NCBI GenBank assembly: GCA_030704615.1
Contig: CM060731.1
Location: 12,338,001-12,402,000 of the forward strand
Length of the DNA: 64,000 nt
Direction of reading: 5' to 3'
From: Takakia lepidozioides
Taxonomy: Eukaryota; Plantae; Bryophyta
Below, piece by piece: positions 24,485-37,398 of this stretch (its first letter is position 1; each line of letters starts with the position of its first letter). The position numbers were made by a program, and so were the translations under genes. Below the pieces are notes generated by a model. It worked only from the letters and a program-made list of their open reading frames with translations, was not told the DNA's origin and ran no database searches.

Positions 24485-25348
24485 TTAGAGCGAGCTACTG
24501 TAGCTTGGGACAAGGTTAGTGGCAGGTTTCTGGACATAGATATACCTCCTACACCTTACCATCATGCAGAGCGAGGCACTTTGAGAGAAGTCTGGCAGTT
24601 GATAGCATAGATCAGGATTAGATCTTGCTTGGTCGGGCCTCTATTCTTCCCCTCCCTCTCTTTACTATTTTCATTACTTTGTACTAGTAGTTGCCAAAGC
24701 CTCTCTTGGTGGAGGCCAGTCAGTCCGGGTTTTTGGGCTGGGATATTCTGCAGGATTAGCATTGCAGATGGATTTTGGTGTGGGGGTGTTGATGTTTTGA
24801 TTTCTTGTGTTTGAATCCCCCCCCAACACCTGCATGCTTGACTGTGCGCCATGTTGGTTTTGTGTGGGCACTTGCTTTCATGGGGATTTAGGCCGGATTT
24901 GATCACCGGTCAATCCTAGAGTATGCTGTCGGTGGTGAGGCTGGAGTGATGACCAGCAAGACCACCAATGTTTCTTCTATGGTGAGGCTGGGTTGATGAC
25001 CAGCCAACCATAGGAGTTCTTGCGGTGGATGCAGGTGCAGGTGCCCTTAGCCACTGGGATATAACCCTTAATCCGCAACAGGTGCTCACCCGTGTCACTA
25101 TTAGAATTAGTACTAGAGCCTTATAATGTTACGTGGGGGAGGTGCGGGTTGTGAGTGTCATCACGGAGTTACCCAAGGGTTTTGAGGGGAGTACGGCTAT
25201 AGGCAGTAGCAGTGAGAGTGGGTTCACAAGACGAGGTGTTCGGTTCAGACCATCTTCACCTCCACCCTCAACTAGTGCAGAGTCTGACATTGACTCGGAG
25301 GCTTCATCAACATGTGTGCAGTTTCTTTCGCCATTGTTGTGAGACGAC

Positions 25349-28300
25349 ATGGAGGAGATGTATGGAGCTACCAAGGGGCCTCGTAGGTACTCTGGAGCTG
25401 TGGGCACAATCAAGCTGGATGACTTTATCCAGGAGTTCGACAGCTGGTGTGATTTGCAGCAGATGCGCAATCCACAGCTGTTCACCCCATTCATGGCGTG
25501 GAAGGGACTGTTCCAGCATTTGGATGGCCCGCCTAGGGACGATTACCACGAGTTCAGGCGAGAACATGAAGCAAAGATTGAGGAGTGGAGGATGTATTGG
25601 TCACCTGACTACGTCTCCATTACTCGAGGCACGACGCGACCAGTAGCTGCATCAGCACCAATATCTCCCACTGCCAGCACTAGTAGTGGAACAAGTAGTG
25701 CCGGTACTTCTGCAGGTGGTACCAGTTCAAAAGGTGCTACTACTCCTCCTGCCACGACTACAACACATGCCTAGATTCAACCCGGTGGTGGAGTTCTTCC
25801 AGGAGTTGCGAACGAACTACCAAGGCGTACGGACAAAAAAGCTGCGAAGTTTGCAAGACTTCCAGCGCAAATCGAATGAGAGCCTACGATAGGCCTACAC
25901 TCGTATGAGGCGCTTGATAAGTGTGACCCAAGGGGTTACTGAAGCTCAGGCAATCCAGTTCTCGTATGGAATTTTGGACAAGGAGCTCAGGAGAAGGGTG
26001 CGGGATGCAACCCTGTTACAAGCAGCCCAACCCACATTAGCAGATGTGTTTCTGTTGGCTGAGCGGATTGAGCTCAACATGGTGGAGGAGCAAGTTGTTA
26101 CCATTGGATTTGACAAGGACATGCTTGCACGAGGCACAGCTACCAGCCTACAGGCACAAGGGACTGCCCAACAGCGTGGTCAGGGGGGCAAGGTTCCCCA
26201 ACCCAAATTTCATGGAGCTTACAGGGGACCTCAGGTGCAGAGGCCAGTAGCATCTTTTGCAGGCCAACAACAACCAGGGGTGGTATGTTGGACATGTGGA
26301 GGACCTCATATCAAGAAAGATTGCCCAAAGAGTGGCAAAAGGCCGGCACAAGCACAGCCTGCACAGTTGCAATGTGGGCATTGTGGCAAGTATGGGCATG
26401 GAGATGCCCAGTGTTATGACTTGCACCCTGAGTTGCGGCAAGGCCAGTTCCAAGGGAACAATGGTGCCCGAGGGCGAGGTGGAGTACCTCAAAGAGGACG
26501 AGGTGGTCAGGCACAAGGTGTAGGACGAGGGCAAGCACAGTATGGCCAAGGACGTGGAGGTCAGGGCATTGACCAAGGCATGGCCAACCGGCTTCAGCAA
26601 CTGGAGCAAAGGCTTGCTGCCATGGCCACAGCTCAGGTGGTACCAGCTCCAAGACCTGAGGGTCCACCTCATGTTCTTCCTCAGCAGCGTCATCCTGACG
26701 GAGGAGACATGGGAGGCATGGGATTTATGTGTGGGGCAGCACTACCACTAGTACAGGTGGAGTCTGCTGCAGCCGTCACTCGAGGAGCAGCACAAGTTCC
26801 TGAGCCACAAGGTGCAGAGGTGGAGTTAGATCCACAGCGTGGGGAGACAAGCCGTCAAACTAGGTTGCCTCAATCATTCACCTTGGGGGAGACAGTGTCG
26901 ATGACATCCATGGCACCTAGTTCTCGCCCGATAGATACAAATGCCGTTATTGTGCCATTGGGGAGAGCTACACGTGCAGCACTGACACCTGCTGCCAAGG
27001 CTAGTGCAGCCAGTGTGTTGTTGGGGGCAGCCACCTCTGTGTATCAGGCCCCACTGTTCTCGGCAACCATGATCGCGACGCCGGGGGTAAGACCAGCTGT
27101 AGTGTTCAGACTAGCAGCAACACTCTGTGAGAGTGGGGAGGTCACTTCATCTTCTGCGGAGTTAGTGGAAGGTGTAGTGGCAGAGGGATCCTCGGAATTG
27201 AGGGTCAAGACTGCCACAGCTGCGCCATGGCAAGCTGCAGCTGCCAGGTTGACAGAGCTGTCAGGTTGACAGAGCTGTCAGCTATGCCAGCATTTGAGCG
27301 CGCCATGGTGACACCTAGAGTTGTCTTGTTAGACAACCAGGATGACATTTTCTCTTTGAGTGGACCGGCAGGCAAGAAGTACCGGCCACTGCGGGTCTTG
27401 TTGGACTTGGGAGCTCAGCCACTGATGTTGGGCAGAGCTGCTATTGCAGGTTTGGGCCTCATGGAGGCGGATATGGAGCCTTGTCATTTCCAGATACAGA
27501 CATCTCTGGGAGGATCAGAGCAGGCTCGGGGCATGACACGGCGTGAGTTGGCCATTAGACTACAGCCGGATCACCCTAAAGATGGCTCAATGATGCGAGC
27601 CAAGGCCATTATGACAGATGCGGACTCTTACGATGTCCTCGTTGGTGGGGCAGTGTTATATCCCATGGGCTTCACCCTGGATTTTTGGAAGGAGTCAGCA
27701 TCCTACAGGCCTGGATGGCAGTCAGGGGATGGTCGTCGTGTACAACTCCCTGTAACATTCATTGGGGATGTTGCTGCTGCCCAGCGGGGCAAGATGCCAA
27801 CATTAGCAGCCTTCACAGCTGCAGTTAGTTGGCCTGGAGGGTTGCTGGAGGGCAATGCCCATGCAGAGGATGTGCCACCTCCAGCAAAGCAGGATGACAT
27901 GCATGGTACGGCGGAGTTTTCTGCCATGGTTGCTCACACTCCATTGTCGGGTACGAGCAATGATTTGCAGTAGGTTGCTGATAGACGGGTGCAACAAGCC
28001 TGGGTAGAGGCCTTCGTACCGTCAGGAGAGGAGGAGAATGCGGTGATTGCACCAGGACCACCTCAGTTGTCATCATTGGACACCACACCTTTTGTGTGGC
28101 AGTGCCCACATGAAGGCATATGCCTTCTGGACTTGTTTGGCGGGATCAGCACTGGATTGGCTGCAGTGCTGTAGGTAGGTGTATGAGTTCGACGTTACCT
28201 GTATGTAGAGAGGGATGAGACTGCACGACGCGTCTCACTGCGCCATGTTGCTCAGTTGGTACAGCAGTACCCTGATTTGTTGCCAGTGTTTCCAGTTCGT

Positions 28301-29340
28301 GGATACCAACAAGCATTGCCAGCAGACATCTCTTTGTTGGGGGCGCATGATTTGGAGCAGGTTGGCCTTGCCAAGGGCATTCATCAGCCGGGCACGGCAA
28401 TGGGTTACAAGACTTAAGGTCACGCCTGTTTTGGGAGATGTTGAGGGTCCTACGCTATTTACAGCTTCAGCAGACAGACTCTTCGGCATATATCTTGGAG
28501 AATGTGCCATTGATGGGTGATTCTCGGGCCAAGGTGATGGCCAGTGTGCATCAAGTGCGGTCTTGGTTTGGGTTAGCAGTGTTGCTGGATGCAGCTGCAG
28601 TGGGGTCACGGGCTCATCGCCCACGACTATGGTGGACCAACTTGATGCCACCTGCACTGTTCAAGCGTGCATTTGATGGGGTGTAGCGGCCACCACACCT
28701 GACGGTGGATAGCATTTTGGACATAGGGAGACAGACTCAGCGTGTGAGACACGATGACCGATCACCTTTGGCAGTGGTCAATAAAGTGGGTCACCCACGA
28801 GCCGCATTGCCTACACTGCTCAGTTTTTTAGGATCCCATGCTTTTCGGGATGGTGGACCTGGCCTCTTGTGGGATAGCCAGTTGCACCAATTAGTGGAGC
28901 CCAACGCTGACGAGCGCGAGCGGGCGATGGGTTTTACCACTGGTACCACGGCGGTGCCATCTCTTTCTGAGGCATCACGTCGTCAGGTGTTGGGGCAAGC
29001 AATGGATCTCAATTGCTTGACCTGGATTATCAGCTTGGCTATGGCTGAGCAGCGCCGAGTACGGAGTACACTTCCCTTGATGGTCTCTCTGCCTACCGAG
29101 ACGGTTCAGGCAGCGAGTGGGGGCGAACAGGTGAGGACCACGAGGTGCAGGCCGCATCCATGGCACACGTGGAAGGTGCTCGAGGTTCAAAAGGAATTGG
29201 CAGCCAAGGCGGCCGTGATGGATGAGGTTGGGGATTTTTCTCGGGTTGAGGAGGTCCTCAAGGATGGGATGATGGGGCAGGATGAGACATTGTCACTGAC
29301 AGAGGAGGCAGTGGTCACTGCTCAAGATATTGCAGCATAG
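25349..29340 (+). pseudogene. Element B gag (two zinc knuckles) - aspartic protease - DNMT3-like methyltransferase, disrupted
   Basis: CWTCGGPHIKKDC and CGHCGKYGHGDAQC; VLLDLGAQ (DSG mutated); LLDLFGGI, GWPCQG, ILENV, RPRLWWTN, ERERAMGF, RRQVLGQAM (DNMT about 28118-29050). Stops, a 17-bp duplication and a deletion are present. Confidence 0.9.
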
Positions 29341-31143
29341 CAACCACGGGACGCGTCTTCTACCTCTAAGCCTGCTGGACTCAAGGTTGCAGTCACGGAG
29401 GACAACTGGGAGCCTGATGTTGGACCTATAGTCACCGGAGGAGAAAAACGACGTATACGGCGGTTCTTGAGGGCTTACAGGAACTACTTTGCCTTCAGTT
29501 TGAAGGACTTAGGAGCACTAAAGGGTCAAGAGATTCGCATTGAATTGACTACTGACACGCCAATCTTTCGGAGACCCTATAGATACAGTGACATGGAGAG
29601 GTCCTTGATTCAGATGAGAACTCAGGACCTTTGGGAGGCTGGTTTGGTGGAGCTATTTGGGGGAGAGTATGCTTCAGCCACAGTGATGCCAGCCAAGAAA
29701 GATGTCTATGGCAATTGGACGGAGAGACGTATGTGCGGTGATTACCGACCTGTAAATCGTCAAACCAAGTCCGATAGGTATGCCATGCCAACACCAGAGG
29801 AGATCTTTGATGCCATTGGGCATGCCAATGTCTTTACCACTTTGGATTTACGATCCGGATATCACTAGTTGCCGATCAAGGAGGCGGATAAGCAGAAGAC
29901 GACATTCTGGGGGATCAATGAGCACGGGAAGGATTGCCTATACCAGTGGCGGTTCTTACCATTTGGGCTTAAGAACGCTCCGGCAGAGTTTTAGAGAGTC
30001 ATGGACAAGATTCTAGCAGGGGTGGAGTTTGCTCGGTGCTACATAGATGACATCATCATCTTTAGTGCTATGGTGGAGGAGCATGAGAGACACCTTCAGG
30101 TGATATTTGAGCGCTTGAGGGCGCACAGATTGAAGTTACATCCGGGGAAGTGCAAGTTTTTCCACAACCAAATTGAGTATCTGGGTCACATGATATATCC
30201 TGGAGGATTGGGGGTACAACAGACTAAGGTAGAGTCCATTGCACAGATTCCACGCCCCACAGATGTGAGCCGAGTTCGAGCTTTCATGGGGTTAGCAAAC
30301 TATTATAGACGGTTTGTTAAGGGATTTAGTGCCATTGCAAAGGTTCTAACCAAACTAACCAAGGTGGACCAAGAGTGGCAGTGGGAAGATGAGCAAGAAC
30401 AAGCTTTTCAAGAGCTCAAGGCGAGGTTGACCTCGGCGCCCATCTTGAGACGACCTATCAGGGGGCGTCCTTTTCAGCTGCATACAGATTGGAGCATGCG
30501 AGTCTAAGTATAGCTCATATGAGGGAGAATGCTTAGCTGCAGTGTGGGCCGTGGCACACTTCAGGTGCTATCTATACGGCAATCTCTTCACCCTTGTCAC
30601 GGATCACCAACCACTCAAGTGGTTGATTGAGTCAGACAAGCTTACGGGGAAGCTTGCATGGCGGACATTTATACTCCAGGAGTGTGACTCTCAGGTTGTG
30701 CATCGACCGGGTTTGGTCAATCGGGATGCAGATGGGTTGAGTCGCAATCCATGCACGAGCCAGCAGGATGACACTGGAGCTCGGTGGCATGGTGAGACGG
30801 ACAAGGAGATGGTGCCCGGATGGCATACATATGCATTTCTGTGTATCTTGGCAGCGGAAAGCCAGGTTGGACCTGCAATAGGGATGACGGTAGATCAAGT
30901 GTGTGAGGACCATGAGGCCAGCAATGAGCAAGGTGGCGCCAAAGATATACATGAGGATTCAGCTGTGTTGGACTACCTCCACACTAGAGACACGGCAGCC
31001 ACTGTGACTGCCAAGGAAAGGGATCGGATCCTACAACAAGCCAAGAGGTTCAAGTGGGAGAGGACACAGCTGCTCCGAGTGTGGGAAGATGGTCGAGTGA
31101 GGATTGTGCCTCACCCAACCCAGCGGGCACGGTTAGTGCGGCA
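29341..31143 (+). pseudogene. Element B RT - RNase H - start of integrase
   Basis: RMCGDYRPVN, LDLRSGYH, CYIDDII, LHTDWS, TDHQPLKW; broken at the inversion breakpoint. Confidence 0.92.
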
Positions 31144-31480
31144 TGAGGAGGCTCATCTTCTTAAAGTTGAGCCTCCATGAGCTTCTCTCACCTCCATAGC
31201 TCTAGGTATTGAGAGGGAGTGTGTTGAGGGCTTTGTAGGGTGGATTCCTTTAGCAAAGGTGCCCTTGGCTTGACTTAGTTTATGTGATAGAGTGGATTTC
31301 ACTTGGAAGGACTAGGGCTTGTTCTTCATGTGATTGCTTCATGCTTTGAGAGCTTTCATTGTCTTCTACTTCTCTCATTTCTCATCTCTTATCATTGTGG
31401 TATAGCGTTCTAGGATTGTGTACTTAGATTGTGTGGTGGACAACGATGTATGTTGTCACACGATGCTTAGGTGCACGACA
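31144..31480 (+). repeat. Inverted 3' end of element C: 3' part of A2 (31144-31394) + B2 (31396-31480)
   Basis: Matches the reverse complements of 44085-44335 and 33924-34008; followed by TSD ATCA at 31481-31484. Confidence 0.9.
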
Positions 31481-32168
31481 ATCATAAGAAAATACAAACC
31501 ATCATCGAGTGGATTAAACCAACTTCGGTCCGAGACGTACAATGTTTTCTGGGTTTTGCAAATTTCTATAGAATCTTCATCAATGACTACTCCAAAATTG
31601 TTGCACCATTGACACGACTCACAAGGAAGGACAAATTTGTATATGACGAGAAGGCTGACCAGACATTTGAAAGGCTGAAGCAGGCATTTACAATGGCTCC
31701 AATACTTGTACATGCAGACCCATCTAAACCATTCTTCTTAGAAGCAGATGCATCGGACTTTGCACTTGGCGCGGTACTCTCACAATACGGTACAGATGGC
31801 CGATTCCACCCTGTTGGTTTTCGTTCTCGCAAATTTTCCGCTGCGGAGATCAATTATGAAATCCATGACAAAGAACTTATAGCGATTATCGATGTTTTTG
31901 AGGAGTGGCGTCATCTATTGGAAGGAGCTAAACATCAGGTCACTGTCTATACCGATCACAAAAACCTCGAATATTTTATGAGTGCTCGTGTTTTGAATCG
32001 ACGTCAAGCGAGATGGAGTATGTCACTAGCAAGGTTTGATTTTGTTATTACCTACCGTCCCGGACATCTTCAAGGAAAACCAGATGCTCTTTCTCGACGA
32101 TCGTATCTTGCGCCAAAGGAAGGCGATGCAGCTTTTGACCAATAGAAATCCATCATCTTGAAACCAGC
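31481..32168 (+). pseudogene. Chromovirus RT-connection/RNase H segment (inverted)
   Basis: [53 protein letters not shown]; joins 44506 and 21438 in frame once the inversion is undone. Confidence 0.92.
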
Positions 32169-32692
32169 TGTCGTGCGCATACGTATCGCTACACAACTAC
32201 ATCGCTATCCAAACCACACCACACATATATGCACAATAAAGTAGTCTGCCACAATGATTGAAAACTAGATTCACACTGTTGACACAAAAACACTCAATAC
32301 AACACAATCACTCATTAAAACTACGAGTCGAGCCAGGGGCACCCCAAGCTATGGGGACTCCACCCCACAACATCCTATTCTCCCTTCATAAGCACACTTA
32401 GATTCTAAGCAGTGAAAGAGCTCGGTCGTGCAGGCTCAACTCGAGAGAGATGAGCCGCACGACTGACGAGCTCGTGAAGATAAGATGGTTCAGGTGTCAA
32501 GCTAAACTTGACACCTGACTTAACACTTGAACTAATTCCAAGTGTTAAATACAAATAACTAGATTTATTCTAGTTAGTTTCACACTGTGTTTATTTAACT
32601 TGATAGCTGTCGTGCGCATACGTATCGCTACACAACTACATCGCTGTCCAAACCACACCACACATATATGCACAATAAAGTAGTCTGCCACA
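32169..32692 (-). repeat. B1-A2-B2 3' terminus of element B
   Basis: 85-bp direct repeats 32169-32253 and 32608-32692 flank a copy of A (32255-32605). Confidence 0.92.
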
Positions 32693-32952
32693 ATCGCCCC
32701 CCTAGCTGGTGGTTAGGTCCATCTAACTCCAGATAGCTACAAGATGTAATAGCCACAGCCGTACGACGTCCTCTATCACTGTCCCTATTGTACTCAAACT
32801 CTATAGATCAAGAGGCCGGATACAAGAGTAGCCCCATCGTTAGTCGTCGTCTTGCAATCTGTGAACTTGAGTCAGGATCTCGTGTGTTTAAGGTCTCCTA
32901 GTAGCTTGGCCTTGCATTTCTTGTTAGCTTCCCATGGTTGTATCCACTCCCA

Positions 32953-33753
32953 CTATCCAATGCAATGCGGACATAACCAATCCCCATCAGGAACCATCTC
33001 AAGAGGTGGAGTCAAGCATCCCATATGCCAACCTCTAGAGCATTGATCACACACCAGCATGGTGGCTGCCCCTCTAGCAGACCCACACAACATGCACCTC
33101 AAACTTGCAGGTACCACTGCCAGGTTTGGGTCAACCCTTCCATCAACATTTGGAAGGTGACATGACGCACAATTACGCACATGGTCCTTCCAAATCATGC
33201 CATCCCGACCCTCCAAGATCACGACTCCTAAAGGGGAACACCTCTCGAACCCTCAAAATAGTACGTCCTGCAGTCACATCCAAGGTCGTAGGAGCAGTCT
33301 GCTGCAGATAAACATAGTCACCAGGGTTGAATCTCCGAACCCAGGACGATAGCCCCCACACGTATGGTAGCATACCTCAACGTATCACGATGTTGTGCAA
33401 TGGCAAGGTTCTCGAAAGCCATGGGCATGACTTTCTTGAATAACTCTGCACGCTGATCACATGCACGTGCCCACACGTCCGGATTGTCAAGGTCAAGAAC
33501 TGTAGCAGCTTCTCTACGAATGGATGTAGGCAAATCCGGCTCTCGGCCAAAGAGAAGAAAGTATGGTGAGAAGGAGGCAAGTGATGATTGCTTGCTGAAC
33601 CTGTAGCCCATGGCTAACCGGGGTAACTGAAGGTCCCAATATCCTAGGTGTCCCTTCTGCAAGCCATACTTGTGCAAACCCCTCTTTACTGTCTGAACAA
33701 CCCTCTCTGCCAAGCCATCGGCCTCAGGATGATCCCGAGAAGTGGTGCGGTGG
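32953..33753 (-). pseudogene. Element B integrase C-terminus with PHD finger
   Basis: DGLAERVVQT...SPYFLLFGR; CMLC..MLVCDQC..WHMGCL.PPL..VPDGDWLCPHC. Confidence 0.92.
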
Positions 33754-34265
33754 ACTCACAAGAGGAAAACCTATCTCCATGTCTCAAGTGAGGCTCGACA
33801 CCTCACTTGGCATGTGAGACCAAATGAAGTCCCAACACACAAAATATAAATATAAATATCTAAAATGTCCTAGTTAACTAGAAGTAGGTAATTCTAGATA
33901 ACCATGACTAAAACCATGACAGCTGTCATGCACCTAAGCATCGTGCCACAACATACATCGATGTCCACCACACAATCTAAGCACACAATCCTAGAAAGCT
34001 ATACCACAATCGCCCCCCTAGCTGGTGGTTAGGTCCCTCTAACTCCAGATAGCTACAAGATGTAATAGCCACAGCCGTACTAAGTCCTCTATCACTGTCC
34101 CTATTGTACTCAAACTCTATAGACCAAGAGGCCGGGTACAAGAGCAACCCCATCGTTAGTTGCCGTCTTGCAATCTGTGAACTTGAGTCAGGATCTCGTG
34201 TGTTGGTCTCCTAGTAGCTTGGCCTTGCATTTCTTGTTAGCCTTCCATGGTTGTATCCACTCCCA

Positions 34266-37200
34266 CTATCCAATGCAATGCGGACATAACCAATCCCCAT
34301 CAGGAACCATCTCAAGAGGTGGAGTCAAGCATCCCATATGCCAACCTCTAGAGCATTGATCACACACCAGCATGGTGGCTGCCCCTCTAGCAGACCCACA
34401 CAACATGCACCTCAAACTTGCAGGTACCACTGCCAGGTTTGGGTCAACCCTTCCATCAACATTTGGAAGGTGACATGGCGCACAATTACGCACATGGTCC
34501 TTCCAAATCATGCCATCCCGACCCTCCAAGATCAGACTCCTGAGGGCAACACCTCTCGAACCCTCAAAATAGTACGTCCTGCAGTCACATCCAAGGTCGT
34601 AGGAGCAGTCTGCTGCAGATAAACATAGTCACCAGGGTTGAATCTCCGAACCCCAGGACGATAGCCCCCACCACGTATGGTAGCATACCTCAACGTATCA
34701 CGATGTTGTGCAATGGCAAGGTTCTCGAAAGCCATGGGCATGACTTTCTTGAACAACTCTGCACGCTGCTCACATGCACGTGCCCACACGTCCGGATCGT
34801 CAAGGTTAAGAACTGTAGCAGCTTCTCTGCGAATGGATGTAGGCAAATCCGGCTCTCGGCCAAAGAGAAGAAAGTATGGTGAGAAGGAGGCAAGTGATGC
34901 TTGCTTGCTGAACCTGTAGCCCATGGCTAACCAGGGTAACTGAAGGTCCCAATCTCCTAGGTGTCCCTTCTGCAAGCCATACTTGCGCAAACCCCTCTTT
35001 ACTGTCTGAACAACTCTCTCTGCCAAGCCATCGGCCTCAGGATGATCCCGAGAAGTGGTGCGGTGGTCTATCAAGGCCTTGTCACACAAAGCCTGAAACT
35101 CCCCCAAGAACTCTCTCCCTTGGTCCGTGAGTACCTCAGCTGGAGCACCGAATCGGCTAAGCACACAATCCAAGAATGCATACGCAGCTCCCTCACTAGC
35201 CTTATCAGGCAATGGAACCAATTCAATCCACTTGGAGAAGTGCTCCACCATCACCAACACGTACTTGTTGTGGCGCATGGTCAGTGGCAACGGCCCTGCG
35301 AAGTCAAGACTCCACCTGTAGCCCAATCCCATGATCGGAAGAGGGTGCAATTGTGGAGTAGGGGCGTTGAATGAAGCACGCACCCTGTCACACACCATGC
35401 ACCTAGCCACAAATTGTTGCACCTCTGTGTGCATACCACGCCACCAATACTGCCCCTGCAGTAGACTATGAGTGCGTCGCACCCCAAAATGCCCCAACTC
35501 CTCATGGGCATGCCGCACTAACCGTGCCCGCTGTGTTGGGTGAGGCACAATCCTCACTCGACCATCCTCCCACACTCGGAGCAGGTGTGTCCCCTCCCAC
35601 TTGAACCTCTTGGCTCGTTGTAGGATCCGATCCCTCTCCTTGGCAGTCACAGTGGCTGCAGTGTCTCCAGTGCGGAGGTAGTCCAACACAACTGAATCCT
35701 CATGTATATCTTTGGCGCCACCTTGCTCATTGCTGGCCTCAGGGTCCTCAGACACTTGATCTACAGTCATCCCTGTTGCAGGTCCAACCTGGCCTTCCGC
35801 TGCCAAGATACACAGAAATGCAGATGCATGCCATCCGGGCACCATCTCCTCGTCCGTCTCACCATGCCACCGAGCTCCAGTGTCATCCTGCTGGCTCGTG
35901 CATGGATTGCGACTCAACCCATCTGCATTGCGATTGACCAAACCCGGTCGATGCACCACCTGAAAGTCATACTCTTGAAGGATGAGTGCCCACCGTGCAA
36001 GCTTCCCCGTAAGCTTGTCTGACTCCATCAACCACTTGAGTGGTTGGTGATCCGTGACAAGGGTGAAGAGATTGCCGTATAGATAGCACCTGAAGTGTGC
36101 CACGGCCCACACTGCAGCTAAGCATTCTCCCTCATATGAGCTATACTTAGACTCTGCAACGTTGTTCGAGCGGCTAGCATAAGCCACTACGAACTCTCTT
36201 CCCTCATCATCCACCTGTGTGAGCACCGCTCCAAGCCCCAGCATGCTCCAATCTGTATGCAGCTGAAAAGGACGCCCCCTGATAGGTCGTCTCAAGATGG
36301 GCGCCGAGGTCAACCTCGCCTTGAGCTCTTGAAAAGCTTGTTCTTGCTCATCTTCCCACTGCCACTCCTGGTCCACCTTGGTCAGCTTGGTTAGAGCCTT
36401 TGCAATGGCACTAAATCCCTTAACAAACCGTCTATAATAGTTTGCTAACCCCATGAAAGCTCGAACTCGGCTCACATCCGTGGGGCGTGGAACCTGTGCA
36501 ATGGACTCTACCTTAGTCTGCTGTACCCCCAATCCTCCAGGATATATCATGTGACCCAGATACTCAATCTGGTTGTGGAAAAACTTGCACTTTCCCGGAT
36601 GTAACTTCAATCCGTGCGCCCTCAAGCGCTCAAATACCCCCTGAAGGTGTCTCTCATGCTCTTCCACCGTAGCACTAAAGATGATGATGTCATCTATGTA
36701 GCACCGAGCAAACTCCACCCCTGCTAGAATCCTGTCCATGACTCTCTGAAACTCTGCCGGAGCGTTCTTAAGCCCAAATGGTAAGAACCGCCACTGGTAT
36801 AGGCAATCCTTCCCGTGCTCATTGATCCCCCAGAATGCGTCTTTTGCTTATCCGCCTCCTTGATCGGCAACTGGTGATATCCGGATCGTAAATCCAACGT
36901 GCTAAAGACCTTGGCATGCCCAATGGCATCAAAGATCTCCTCTGGTGTTGGCATGGCATACCTATCGGACTTGGTCTGACGATTTACAGGCCGGTAATCA
37001 CCGCACATACGTCTCTCCGTCCAATTGCCAAAGACATCCTTCTTGGCTGGCATCACTGTGGCTGAAGCATACTCTCCCCCAGATAGCTCCACCAAACCAG
37101 CCTCCCAAAGGTCCTGAGTTCTCATCTGAATCAAGGACCTCTCCATGTCACTGTATCTATAGGGTCTCCGAAAGATTGGCGTGTCAGTAGCCAATTCAAT

Positions 37201-37398
37201 GCGAATCTCTTGACCCTTCAGTGCTCCTAAGTCCTTCAAACTGAAGGCAAAGCAGTTCCTGTAAGCCCTCAAGAACCGCCGTATACGTCGTCTCTCTCCT
37301 CCGGTGACTATAGGTCCAACATCAGGCTCCCAGTTGTCCTCCGTGACTGCAACCTTGAGTCCAGCAGGCTTAGAGGTAGAAGACGCGTCCCGTGGTTG
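34266..37398 (-). CDS. Element C pol: RT - RNase H - integrase (HHCC, DDE) - PHD finger, with two 1-nt frameshift lesions
   Basis: YIDD; HEELGH...CMVC; WSLDFAGP, LTDQGREF, GLAERVV; C4HC3 PHD at about 34272-34409. Confidence 0.93.

Larger units (their letters stand above)
21439..33753 (+). mobile_element. DNMT/PHD/Tudor-bearing Ty3/gypsy element B (5' part 21439-31143 on +; 3' part 32169-33753 now inverted)
   Basis: A1 21439-21788; gag-PR-DNMT-RT-RH-INT; PHD; PPT 32695-32705; B1 32608-32692, A2 32255-32605, B2 32169-32253. TSD gttg (21435-21438) / gctg (reverse complement of 32165-32168). Confidence 0.88.

Noticed and set aside
21439-32605. 350-bp terminal inverted repeats defining a DNA transposon
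   Set aside because: They are the direct repeats A1/A2 of element B, made inverted by the 31144-33753 inversion.
32169-32692. B-A-B as a chance solo-LTR insertion or an 85-bp target duplication
   Set aside because: The same layout, repeat length and linkers occur in element C with different sequences, and true 4-bp TSDs lie outside.
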